A DNA stretch of 64,000 nt, from NCBI GenBank assembly GCA_043826565.1, contig JBDRPX010000030.1:21660-85659 (forward strand), read 5' to 3'. Origin of the DNA: Candidatus Omnitrophota bacterium. GTDB lineage: Bacteria > Omnitrophota > Gorgyraeia > B26-G9. The translations under genes were made by a program, and so were the position numbers. A model generated the notes under the pieces. That model was not told the origin of the DNA, did no database searches, and saw only the letters and a program-made list of their open reading frames with translations. Shown here one piece after another: positions 17,877-27,754 of the stretch (its first letter is position 1; every line of letters begins with the position of its first letter).

Positions 17877-19328
17877 TTAGTGCTGCACCCCTTCACTGCG
17901 TACAGCTTTAAATAAACTTACCCATAAAATTTTTAAATCAAACAAAAATGACCTTTGCAGCAAATAGTAGTCATCATATTCCACTTTAACAGGAATCGGC
18001 AATTCATCCCTGCCGTTTACCTGCGCCCATCCGGTAAGTCCGGGAATAATTTTATGCACACCCTTTTTTGTCCTCAGCGCAACTAAATCATCCTGATTAA
18101 ATAATGCCGGCCGCGGCCCGACAAAAGACATGTCGCCTTTTAAAATATTAAAAACCTGCGGCAATTCATCCAGGCTTGTCCTTCTTAAAAATTTCCCTAT
18201 GGGAGTTAAAAATTGATCCGGATTTTTCATAAGATGTGTTGCCAACTGCGGAGAATTTAAACACATAGTCCTGAACTTATACATATCAAAAATAGTATTA
18301 TTAATTCCCACTCTTTCGGAAACATGAAATACCGGCCCCTTAGAAGCAATATTTATTAAAAAAGAAATAATAAGCATCGGAATACTCAGAATAATCATCG
18401 CGATAATTGCCGAGATTACATCGAATATTCTTTTAAAGAATTCATAAACTTTTAGACTCTTTGCTCTCTTGTAAAGCTTTACTTCTTGCCTAATCCCTTC
18501 CTGAAATGAAAGCGGTGAAAAGTTAAACATACCCGTAGCTGCTGAATAATCAATTTGCTTATCTTCATTCAAACGCATAATCTGTTCACTCTTTATAAAC
18601 GGTTTTGCTTTTAACATTTCCAATGCCTTAATCCCTAACAGTGATAATCCTACAGGCACATGGACTTTCATTACTTTTCTATTTAAGGCGCCGGAGGTAA
18701 TATCAACAATATCGTTAAAAGTATACGCCGATCCTCCGCTAATATTAAATTCTTTATTTATCGTATCTTTACTGGTTAAGGCATCCACTGTCGCCTTCGC
18801 CACATCATCAACAAAGACCGGCTGCTGCAGATATTCTCCGGAGCCGATAACCGGAAAAACCGGGAAACGATCTAAAAAACGAATTAATCTGATCATGTTC
18901 CGATCATCCAAAGCACCATAGATCATAGTTGGCCTCAAAATTGTCCATTCGAGCCGTGAGCCTTTAATACACTCTTCTGCTTGCTTGCGAATGGCTTTTG
19001 AATCCGCATTTAATCCTGTAAATATGGCGGTTGTGCTAATAAACACAGCGCGCTTAATCCCCGCATCTTCAGCTGCGTGCACAATCTCAGCAGCATGCCC
19101 AAAGCCTAAAGAAGCAAGATTCAGCAGCATATCACAACCGGACATTGCTGTTTCAAGGCTTTGCTTATCAGCTAAATCTCCATACGCTACTTCATAACCT
19201 AATTCTTTTATCTGGCTGATATCGCTAGTCGGTCTTACAAAGCAGCGCACACTGCCCTTACTACTAAGTAATGGCAATACTCTGCGTCCGGTAAATCCCG
19301 TAGCTCCGGTTACTAATATATTTATCAC
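17877..19328 (-). CDS. Fusion: NAD-dependent SDR/epimerase + priming (polyprenyl-phosphate) sugar transferase
   Basis: N-term TGATGFTG and RPTMIYG; C-term KRIFD, KFRTM, SLDELPQ, GDMSFVGPRP, PGLTGWAQVNGR. Confidence 0.9.
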   Translation of the reverse strand: MINILVTGATGFTGRRVLPLLSSKGSVRCFVRPTSDISQIKELGYEVAYGDLADKQSLETAMSGCDMLLNLASLGFGHAAEIVHAAEDAGIKRAVFISTTAIFTGLNADSKAIRKQAEECIKGSRLEWTILRPTMIYGALDDRNMIRLIRFLDRFPVFPVIGSGEYLQQPVFVDDVAKATVDALTSKDTINKEFNISGGSAYTFNDIVDITSGALNRKVMKVHVPVGLSLLGIKALEMLKAKPFIKSEQIMRLNEDKQIDYSAATGMFNFSPLSFQEGIRQEVKLYKRAKSLKVYEFFKRIFDVISAIIAMIILSIPMLIISFLINIASKGPVFHVSERVGINNTIFDMYKFRTMCLNSPQLATHLMKNPDQFLTPIGKFLRRTSLDELPQVFNILKGDMSFVGPRPALFNQDDLVALRTKKGVHKIIPGLTGWAQVNGRDELPIPVKVEYDDYYLLQRSFLFDLKILWVSLFKAVRSEGVQH

Positions 19329-19333
19329 TAAAT

Positions 19334-22081
19334 TTAACCTCTACCTGTTTCAGGCACATTGACTGCGGTCACAGCACGCTGTGACCCTACTTTTTGTAAT
19401 AACTGTAAATATTTCAATGCCAATTTTTTTCTATCGTAATTTTTAGCCACAAATGACCTGGCCCTACTTCCCATTGCCTGACACTGCTTGGGATTATTTT
19501 TCAAACCCCGGATACTTTTTATCATTTCCTTGGTGTCTTCCGGAGCAACAATCGAAGCGCCCCCGGATTCCTTAAGAATACCTGCAGATTCACCGCGCAG
19601 ACAAGCAACAATAGGTTTTTCACAAGCCATTATTTCAAAAATCTTAGACGGAATAAATGCACTAAATCCCGGCACATCCTTCAAAGGCACAAGACAAACA
19701 TCAGATAAATTATAAAAATTAATAACCTTTTCTCGGGGCTGGCTAGGAATAAAACTAACATTATTTATATTCCTATCTTTTACTCTTTTTACCAATCTCT
19801 GTTTAACTGCACCTTCTCCGACAAAAAGAAAATGCATATCTTCTTCCTTCTGCAATTCTTCGGCCGCATCAATAACACTGTATAACCCATGAGAAATCCC
19901 ATGCGACCCAATATAGGAAACAATAAATCTATTTTTTGGAATGCCTAGTTCAGAGCGTAAAGACGTCTCCCCATTGCCCGACTTAAACATTTGAAGATCT
20001 ACCCCATTAGTAATTACACACACTTTATTTTCCGGAATTCCTCTTTTTATAATATCCTGGGCAAAGCCATTTGTTACCGGAACAACTGCAGCTGATGCCC
20101 GATACAAAAATAATTCCATGGCTTTCAGCACCCAAATTAAAAACTTATTTTTCAAAACGCCTAATTCAATGAATATTCCCGGCCAAAGATCCCTAACTTC
20201 AAAAACATAAGGAACCCTGCGCAATCGGGAAATTATAAAGGTACTGATAACAGAGAAAAATGCCGGAGAGCTCACCATCAACACATCTGGTTTCTTCCCG
20301 CGAAAAAGACTTAGCACAACAACACTAATCATAAATGAAATATGCAAAAGTGTTCTTTTAAAAAGCCCTCTATTCGGTGTATCAAAAAGCCAGTGCCTCC
20401 ACACCTTAATTCCATCAATCCATTCTTCCATGAATATCTTCCCGCGATATTCTGCAGGAATAACCCCTGTTGGATGATTGGGAAACCCGGTAAGCACGGT
20501 TACTTCATGCCCCTGACTAACCCATTCCTTAGCCATTTCTAAAAGCCTGGCCTGTGGCGCCCCAATCTCCGGATAAAAATATTGGCATATTACATTAATT
20601 TTCAATGACTTACTTTCACTCTCTTTGCTTTTACCCTTAACCGTAAATCTGGCTCTCACCAAGCTGAAAAACATTACTACCCTCTTTATCAGCACCCCAT
20701 CCTTAATCGCCTTAATAACCCATTCCTTAAAAAACATCGGATTAATAAAAAAACATTTTCCAAATCGTGCCTGGAATTTCTTATTTACAAAAAATGAAGA
20801 AAGATAATAGTAAGCATTAAGGATATCCTTCTGCTGCATTTTGTCAGTTATCATAACCGGCTGATAATTATCCATATATGTCGGAGATGTAACATACCGC
20901 GACCAGTCGGTTATCTTTAAATACCCTTTTTCCTTGGCAATCCGGTAAAGCTCAGTCCCGGGAAACGGGCAAGCAATGGAGATCATTACATCCTGCCCAA
21001 TATCTTTTAATAGTTGCGCTGTTTTCTTTACAGAATTTATATCTTCTCCTAAATTCCCCACCATTGTAAATGTCCCGATTTGAATCCCTATTTTTCTTGC
21101 TAATGTATGCACAGCAACTATCTGTTCATCGGTAATTCCTTTTTTAAGCTGCTTGCGCACCTGAGCATCTCCTGACTCCACGCCCACATCAATACGTATG
21201 CATCCGCTTTGTTTCATTACTCGTAGCATTTCTTCATCAATTGTATTTACCCGGGCATTGGCCATCCATTTATACTCTACGTCAGATTCTTTAAGCAAAG
21301 AACATAGTTCCAGAACCCGATCTTTTTTAAGCGTAATCATATCATCTACAAAATCAAACTGGGTCATCCCATAAGTTTTATTTAAAAACTCAATTTCTGA
21401 GAATATATTTTTAGCACTCCGGGCGCGAAAAATCCTCCCAAAGATTGTATGCGAATCGCAAAAAATACATTGGTTAGGACACCCCCGGCTGGAAAGCAAT
21501 GCAAAAGTATGTCCCTGCGCTACAGAAAATACCGAGTATTTATTAACATCTATCAGATCCCATGCGGGAAAGGGAAGTGTGTTAATATCCTCAATCAATG
21601 CGCGCGGCTGAGTAGTAACAAAAACTCCAGCACTATCGGAAAAACAAATCCCCTTTATCTTACTAAAATCATTTTCCCCTTTACTGTAAGCTTTAAGCAG
21701 CTCCAGTAAAGTCAGCTCCCCTTCTCCGATAATCGCACAATCTATATCTGCACATTCCTCTAATGTTTCTTTAGGCAATGCCGAAACATGCGGACCGCCG
21801 ACAAATACAGGAGTCACAAAAGAACACTCTTTTATTAACTCAGCTAAACGTAAACACTCTGTATACTGGTTAGTCATAAATGATATGCCCACAGCCAAAG
21901 GCGTATATTTATCCATAAGCCCACGGATTTCTTCCTCTGTATGCGGGGCAGCATTTAAATCAACAATAACCGGATCAAATCCTTCCTGCCTTATATAAGC
22001 AGCAAGATACGCCAACCCCAGCGGGGGATTCTTCCGCGGATATGTATATTTCGGATAAAAAAGCAATACTGTTTTAGTCAT
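19334..22081 (-). CDS. Fusion: B12-binding radical SAM + GT4 (WbuB-like) glycosyltransferase
   Basis: Likely start ATG 22081; PPLGLAYLAA, SRGCPNQCIFC; then QYFYPEIGA, FPNHP, EVRDLWP, IPSKIFEIMA. Confidence 0.88.
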   Translation of the reverse strand: MTKTVLLFYPKYTYPRKNPPLGLAYLAAYIRQEGFDPVIVDLNAAPHTEEEIRGLMDKYTPLAVGISFMTNQYTECLRLAELIKECSFVTPVFVGGPHVSALPKETLEECADIDCAIIGEGELTLLELLKAYSKGENDFSKIKGICFSDSAGVFVTTQPRALIEDINTLPFPAWDLIDVNKYSVFSVAQGHTFALLSSRGCPNQCIFCDSHTIFGRIFRARSAKNIFSEIEFLNKTYGMTQFDFVDDMITLKKDRVLELCSLLKESDVEYKWMANARVNTIDEEMLRVMKQSGCIRIDVGVESGDAQVRKQLKKGITDEQIVAVHTLARKIGIQIGTFTMVGNLGEDINSVKKTAQLLKDIGQDVMISIACPFPGTELYRIAKEKGYLKITDWSRYVTSPTYMDNYQPVMITDKMQQKDILNAYYYLSSFFVNKKFQARFGKCFFINPMFFKEWVIKAIKDGVLIKRVVMFFSLVRARFTVKGKSKESESKSLKINVICQYFYPEIGAPQARLLEMAKEWVSQGHEVTVLTGFPNHPTGVIPAEYRGKIFMEEWIDGIKVWRHWLFDTPNRGLFKRTLLHISFMISVVVLSLFRGKKPDVLMVSSPAFFSVISTFIISRLRRVPYVFEVRDLWPGIFIELGVLKNKFLIWVLKAMELFLYRASAAVVPVTNGFAQDIIKRGIPENKVCVITNGVDLQMFKSGNGETSLRSELGIPKNRFIVSYIGSHGISHGLYSVIDAAEELQKEEDMHFLFVGEGAVKQRLVKRVKDRNINNVSFIPSQPREKVINFYNLSDVCLVPLKDVPGFSAFIPSKIFEIMACEKPIVACLRGESAGILKESGGASIVAPEDTKEMIKSIRGLKNNPKQCQAMGSRARSFVAKNYDRKKLALKYLQLLQKVGSQRAVTAVNVPETGRG

Positions 22082-22115
22082 AATTATCCTCAGGATACAA
22101 AACACAAAAATCTAA

Positions 22116-22236
22116 TAAATTGGACAAAATTTCTCTTTTCGCGGCGCTTTCGAGCGTGATTTCGTCACGATGACGAAATAGTGAGAACGCGCGGCCGCAG
22201 CGGACTTAGCGTAAAGATGTGTTTTTGCCCAATTTA
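22116..22236. repeat. Structured palindromic element, copy 2 (lacks second hairpin)
   Basis: TAAATTGGACAAAA/TTTTGCCCAATTTA ends; core GCGGCGCTTTCGAGCGT...ATAGTGAGAACGCGCGGCCGC shared with copy 1. Confidence 0.85.
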
Positions 22237-22269
22237 ACATAACCACTTTTGTCTTGTCTCTCATGTTTT

Positions 22270-23265
22270 TTAAAAATGCCTCAATTTAAAGTAAGCTTTC
22301 CAAACCTGTGAAACTGCTCTTTTCCAAAAAGAATTAAGATACCCTTGCCATTTTTTATGATAATCCAAGAAAAATGTTTTCCCGGTCAAGTTGTAACACG
22401 CCTGCATCTGCACAGCATGAAGATTTTGATAGTATAAACTAGTCGGCATTACCGGCTGTTTTTTATCATACCCCTGCGGCCAGTCATAGGTAGTCCAAAA
22501 ACCCAAATCATAGTTTTTAAGATTATGCTCCAATGTCTTTAAACACTCTTTGTATATTTTATGTGCCTGCTTATCATTAAAATAAACCGCATAATCACGA
22601 ACGCCCCATAGCGCCCAGATAAAACCGTTCAATACATGGTTAGGAGAATTAACAATATACTCTTCCAGCCATAAAAACCCATCCTGAGCATCTAAAACTC
22701 CGCCTTCATGCTCTCGCGCTAAAAAATTAAAAGACTTAAATCCTTTATGTGCTCGCTGGGCATACTCATTATCACCGGTTAATTTATGCGCCCGAATCAA
22801 AACAGATAATGCCTGCCCCTGGGCAAGCGCCGAACGCCACGGCGCAGAGAGATTATCCCTCATTTCAAAGGGGAAGTTATATTCCCATAGTAAAACATCG
22901 TCACGTACCATGCGCCCGAATTTCCGAAAATAATTTGCCTGCCGCAGGAAAGCGTTTTTATCTTCTTCGGCATTACTCCTTAGATACTTATCATAATATC
23001 CCAGTGCCTGCTGCGCTATGGCATTAGGATTATACTGAAATCCAATCTTTCCGTAGTAATTCAGCATTATTACTCCATCTTCATCTTTATAGTTGTCATA
23101 CCATGTCTTAGAAAGAAAATTCATCGGATAAAGATTAACTCCTTTAATATCTTCTTCCTCAGGCTTATTCAAAAAAAGAGGCGTATGCCAAAAAGACAGA
23201 TTCGAATTCTTTTTATTTAAAATATATGAATTAAATATGCGTAATAAATAATTACTTCTTTTCAT
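22270..23265 (-). CDS. D-glucuronyl C5-epimerase family protein
   Basis: WRSALAQGQALSVLIRA, WLEEY, HVLNGFIWAL, YDLGFWTTYD, YQNLH motifs of the C5-epimerase C-terminal domain. Confidence 0.82.
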   Translation of the reverse strand: MKRSNYLLRIFNSYILNKKNSNLSFWHTPLFLNKPEEEDIKGVNLYPMNFLSKTWYDNYKDEDGVIMLNYYGKIGFQYNPNAIAQQALGYYDKYLRSNAEEDKNAFLRQANYFRKFGRMVRDDVLLWEYNFPFEMRDNLSAPWRSALAQGQALSVLIRAHKLTGDNEYAQRAHKGFKSFNFLAREHEGGVLDAQDGFLWLEEYIVNSPNHVLNGFIWALWGVRDYAVYFNDKQAHKIYKECLKTLEHNLKNYDLGFWTTYDWPQGYDKKQPVMPTSLYYQNLHAVQMQACYNLTGKTFFLDYHKKWQGYLNSFWKRAVSQVWKAYFKLRHF

Positions 23266-23279
23266 CTATTATCCTGTCT

Positions 23280-23305
23280 CGGGCCGGCACAAGGACGGCC
23301 CCTAC
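23280..23305 (-). repeat. GTAG-type REP
   Basis: GTAG-GGGCCG-TCCTTGTGC-CGGCCC. Confidence 0.7.
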
Positions 23306-23307
23306 AT

Positions 23308-25212
23308 TTAAAATAATTCGCTAACTCTGATCCTTTGTATCGTCTGATCACCTTTTATTGATAAAGGCGTAAAAAACAAACAATCTGTTTTATTTGTTCC
23401 TTTAGGAAAAAGCACCTGCCCCACCTGGAAAGATTTAATCGGCAGATAGTCTTTTTTGAACCCCGCGACAAACTGCCAGTTATCACCGTCCCGCGTTCCC
23501 CAGATAGAAGCACACGAAGATTTATTGACTTTGCTCGGCTCAACCGCGGTGGAAAAAAACAGCCATTTCCCAACCGCACACCACCAGTAAACAGAAGCAT
23601 TAACCGAAAAAATATTTTCCGTTTTCCCGGTTGCCTTATTTAAGCGAAAAATATTATTCCTTTCAAACGGAGTATCAGTCCCAAAATAAATATATTCTTT
23701 AGTAAACATCAGCTGTAAGGCACGGCTCTGCTGCCGCCCTCCCATAACCTGTTTTAACGTTTTAAACCCGTCTTCAGTAACCCATATTCCTGATTCCTTG
23801 TCATCATCTCCTGTCGTAATCCAAATCTTATTTTCCTCAGGATCGCAAAAAACTCCGTGAACATGACGAACCTGATTTTTCTTAAAAGTATAGATTTTCC
23901 CCCAGGATTGCGCATTATCAAAAGAAACATAAATACTAACTTCTTCTCTGCCCGGATTACGAAAATATTCCCCCCAAAAAAATGCTCCTTCATTGTTTTG
24001 GCTCATAACCAGCGGCCGGGAGCCTCTCTTTATCCCGAAACTTTTTTTAATCTTTCCTCCTGGCAAAGTAGTATAAATAGCTTTTCCTCCGACTACCGCC
24101 ATTTGTCCGTTCTTCATCATCGACAGATGATGAATGCCCTTCCGGGTCAAGCGGGAATACAAACGCGAATAAACCTGCTGATTTGAAGGCAATACTACTG
24201 GTAAATCCTCCCAGATATGTCCGCAATCACGGCTCATTGCCAGGCGATTCTCAATCTGCGCATACAGGATATCTCCGTCGACAGTTAAAACTCTACTTCT
24301 TTCTTTTACCACTGTTTCCGGGTTCACAGGAAATCCACTCAGGAATTTTCGGCCGTTTAGATTAGCCTTAGCACAGGTTTTATCTTTTTCCGCCATTAGC
24401 TGATAAGATACTGATAACGTCAATGCTTTACAGAAAAAAGTATCTGTTGCTAAAACCACCTTTTCCGAAAAATGCTTCCAAGCAACAGGGGGTAATGCAT
24501 ATCCTCCTTTTAAAGAATGGATATTAAAATCCAGCTGCTCTAAATACTGAACAACCACATGCGGAGAAATATCTTCCCCCCTACGAAACACTCGGTTATA
24601 GCAATGCAAAGGGTTGGTTTCCTGCATTACCAACCGGCCGCCGGGCCTTAAAACATCATTTATCAGTTTAAACATTTTTTCTGCACCCGGCATATCATTA
24701 AAGGAAAAAAGAAAATTGATTGCATCGAACTTACCCCATTTTTCCAGTTCAACCGCACAAACATCATCACAAATTAAAGTAATATCCAACTTTCTTCCGG
24801 TAAGGCCTTCATAAAACCTTTTTCTCTGCTTTACAAAATCACAAACATCTTCTCTTATATCACAGCCAACAACTTCCGCTCCAAGCATAGCCATTAACAA
24901 AAGCTGGTTTCCACATCCTGACCCTATTTCCAGAATACGCGGCCGCTTTCCTTCTATTCCCATCATAAAATTTATTGCTTGGTTAAGATTATATCCAAAA
25001 TGGCGCAGAAAAAAATTCCTTTGATCATCATCAAAATATTTACCGTAATAATTGCGCCGATCTTTTAAAAGTAATTTTTCCCTTTCCGGATATCCGGCTT
25101 CGGATAGTTCCAACAGCAAATTTGCATACCATTTACTCATACTCTGCGCAGTTAACGGCAGATCCTTTTTATCGGGCAAATAATACTGTGTTTGTTCTGT
25201 ACTCAACATCAT
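23308..25212 (-). CDS. Fusion: class I SAM methyltransferase + beta-propeller (BNR/sialidase-like) domain
   Basis: ILEIGSGCG, LRPGG; C-terminal Asp-box-like SRDCGHIW, SFDNAQSW, TEDGFKT, TRDGDNW and RHVHGV. Confidence 0.78.
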   Translation of the reverse strand: MMLSTEQTQYYLPDKKDLPLTAQSMSKWYANLLLELSEAGYPEREKLLLKDRRNYYGKYFDDDQRNFFLRHFGYNLNQAINFMMGIEGKRPRILEIGSGCGNQLLLMAMLGAEVVGCDIREDVCDFVKQRKRFYEGLTGRKLDITLICDDVCAVELEKWGKFDAINFLFSFNDMPGAEKMFKLINDVLRPGGRLVMQETNPLHCYNRVFRRGEDISPHVVVQYLEQLDFNIHSLKGGYALPPVAWKHFSEKVVLATDTFFCKALTLSVSYQLMAEKDKTCAKANLNGRKFLSGFPVNPETVVKERSRVLTVDGDILYAQIENRLAMSRDCGHIWEDLPVVLPSNQQVYSRLYSRLTRKGIHHLSMMKNGQMAVVGGKAIYTTLPGGKIKKSFGIKRGSRPLVMSQNNEGAFFWGEYFRNPGREEVSIYVSFDNAQSWGKIYTFKKNQVRHVHGVFCDPEENKIWITTGDDDKESGIWVTEDGFKTLKQVMGGRQQSRALQLMFTKEYIYFGTDTPFERNNIFRLNKATGKTENIFSVNASVYWWCAVGKWLFFSTAVEPSKVNKSSCASIWGTRDGDNWQFVAGFKKDYLPIKSFQVGQVLFPKGTNKTDCLFFTPLSIKGDQTIQRIRVSELF

Positions 25213-25214
25213 AA

Positions 25215-26630
25215 TTAATAACCTATAGCGTTGTCTTTTGCTTTTGTCTTGAGTCTATTTATTATCCACTGCTTCTTCCCCCCTTTTTCCGCGGGGATGG
25301 AATCCACATATTCGTATTTTATTGAAAGCGGAGCTATTCTTTTACGTAATTCCTCAATCAAACATTCCCGATCACTGTCCTTAAACTCATCCTTTACAAC
25401 TAATTTTAAATTCACTGAATCCATAGCCTCCTGAATTAATTGTGATTCTAAAATATTCTCAGCATGAAAAGCTGTACTTAAAGCCGCACTCCCCACAGTC
25501 ATGCCATTAGGCAAAGTCAGAAACGACATTTTTCTGCCTTCTAAAGATTTAAGTATCGGTAAAGTACGGCCGCACGGGCAGTTTTTATCCTCCTGGGGAT
25601 AAGCCGCAATATCTCCGGTGCGATAGCGCACAAACGGCATTCCATAATTAAGAAGCCCGGTACAAACCATTTCTCCTGATTGGCCTCGAGGCACGGGAGC
25701 CCCCTGAGAATCAACAATTTCAATTATGCCAACCTCCGGACTTAGATGAAGACTGCCATGTTCACACTCATTCACTGTTGCTACCCATTCTACGCTACCA
25801 TAATGATTAAACACCTTAACCCCGAATCCCTGCTCAAGTGTTTCCCTTGCCTGGGGTTTTAGATATTCTGAACAAGAAATTACGCTTTTTAATGACGGTA
25901 TCTTTTGTTGAGTATCAGCTAAATATTTTGCCATTGGATATAATGATCCGGGGTATCCGATTATATATCGCGGCTTAAACCTCATTAGTTCTTCAAAATA
26001 AAAATCCATATTGATTTGGCTTAAATGATAGCTGGACATATATAATTGCTTTTCCGCAAAATTATAGCGCCAAAAAGGCGGCTTTGTCTGCGCCACCGGA
26101 ACTAATACCTTACCGGTAAAATTCGCCCTGCGGTCATTAATACTTACTCCTGCAGAAGCCCGCATCCGCGTCTCATATAAAGCATATATCCATGTGTAAA
26201 AATCTTTTGTCCAATAAACAGTCAGCGGCGATCCGGAAGTACCACTGGTTTGCTCGGCTATTAAATCCGATTTGGGGATATTTTTGCTTACAAACTGCTG
26301 GGAATTTCCCAATACATCTTTCTTTTCCAGCAAGGGCAGTTTTTGCAAATCAGCTAATGATCTAATATCATTCGGGTTAAAATCCAGTTTTTTAAATAGC
26401 GCCTGGTAATAGGGAACATTCTTGCGGCAATGCCTTAACATATCACGCAATAACCGCAATTGCTGTTTCTGGTATGACTCTTTAGAAGCACACTCATTAG
26501 CTTTTAGCATATACGAATACCTCTGCTGAGAGCTGTTATAGCGCTTGTCTCGAAGATGATAACCGTATAAACTAAACAGCACATTCTGCAGCCAAACCGG
26601 CAATAGATCATATACTTTAGCTATCTTCAT
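25215..26630 (-). CDS. CapK/phenylacetate-CoA ligase family adenylate-forming enzyme
   Basis: VPYY, TSGTSGSP, YGSVE, RYRTGD, CPCGR, EGR. Confidence 0.88.
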   Translation of the reverse strand: MKIAKVYDLLPVWLQNVLFSLYGYHLRDKRYNSSQQRYSYMLKANECASKESYQKQQLRLLRDMLRHCRKNVPYYQALFKKLDFNPNDIRSLADLQKLPLLEKKDVLGNSQQFVSKNIPKSDLIAEQTSGTSGSPLTVYWTKDFYTWIYALYETRMRASAGVSINDRRANFTGKVLVPVAQTKPPFWRYNFAEKQLYMSSYHLSQINMDFYFEELMRFKPRYIIGYPGSLYPMAKYLADTQQKIPSLKSVISCSEYLKPQARETLEQGFGVKVFNHYGSVEWVATVNECEHGSLHLSPEVGIIEIVDSQGAPVPRGQSGEMVCTGLLNYGMPFVRYRTGDIAAYPQEDKNCPCGRTLPILKSLEGRKMSFLTLPNGMTVGSAALSTAFHAENILESQLIQEAMDSVNLKLVVKDEFKDSDRECLIEELRKRIAPLSIKYEYVDSIPAEKGGKKQWIINRLKTKAKDNAIGY

Positions 26631-27742
26631 TTTAACTCAGCGCACTCCTTATTTTTAGAGTTACGTGATAAACTTTCATAATTCTCTGCCACTGTCCGGC
26701 TAAATGTTTCCCATCGAAAAATCTCTTTACCCGAATTATTATCAATTCCACCAAAACACCTCAAAGCTTCTTTAGTTTTTTCCATAAACTCTGCCTGGGT
26801 ACACCCGGGATCAAGCACAAAACCATTTTGATTATCAACAATTATGGACTTTGCAATCCCCACATCAGTAGTCACAACCGGAACATTCATACAAAAAGCT
26901 TCTGCAATACAACAACCAAACGTTTCTGAAGTAGAAGAAGATACCGAAAGATTAGCATTGCTTAATATATTATGCACATCATCCCTATCTATATTCCCGG
27001 TAAACACAACATTCTTTCTCAACCCAAGTTTCACAGCAAGTTTCATTATCTTTTCCCGAAGAGGCCCTTCCCCGATTAATACCAAATATGTATTGTCCTT
27101 TAAAATAGATTCTAGGGAATGCAATAAAAAATCATGCCGCTTCCATGGCTGAAAACGGGCTGTATAAACAATTATCGTAGCCGCGTTTTCACTTAAAATC
27201 TCTTGGCCTTCAACATCTTTGATAATCCCCTTTGCCCCGGAATCGCTCATAAACAATTCCTCTATCCCCAAAGGAAACACACATGTATTATCAGGGAGAT
27301 CTTTAAACCAAAAGTATTCCTCCCTGCTTTTTGAACACAAAAAATGCCACATATCAACACGCGAATAAAAAAACATGTAGCTAATTAGCGCAACCCACCG
27401 GGCATACCAAAGAGCATTACGAAAACAATGCACACTCATCAATATCTTATCAATGGGCCTCGCAATACTAATTGCTTTGCGAAGATGCGAAAATCCCTGA
27501 CAATGGAATACAACAGGACTATCCTCTCCCTGCCTATTTACAAAATCTTTCAACTCTAAAACATCAATACACTCTATATTGTTTTCATGAAACTTATCCA
27601 GAAACCAGTTATTTAATTCTGTCTTTCGATCATATATGATCGAAACATCAGAGAAGCGGGCCGCAGCAATCGCCATATTGCCAATAGGATTTGTTACCCC
27701 TACTCTTTTAACATATGCAAAAAATAGTATTTTTATTTTCAT
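26627..27742 (-). CDS. Glycosyltransferase family 4
   Basis: ARFQPWK, GEGP, ETFGCCIAEA (Ex7E). Confidence 0.85.
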   Translation of the reverse strand: MKIKILFFAYVKRVGVTNPIGNMAIAAARFSDVSIIYDRKTELNNWFLDKFHENNIECIDVLELKDFVNRQGEDSPVVFHCQGFSHLRKAISIARPIDKILMSVHCFRNALWYARWVALISYMFFYSRVDMWHFLCSKSREEYFWFKDLPDNTCVFPLGIEELFMSDSGAKGIIKDVEGQEILSENAATIIVYTARFQPWKRHDFLLHSLESILKDNTYLVLIGEGPLREKIMKLAVKLGLRKNVVFTGNIDRDDVHNILSNANLSVSSSTSETFGCCIAEAFCMNVPVVTTDVGIAKSIIVDNQNGFVLDPGCTQAEFMEKTKEALRCFGGIDNNSGKEIFRWETFSRTVAENYESLSRNSKNKECAELK

Positions 27743-27754
27743 TGGATCCTATCG

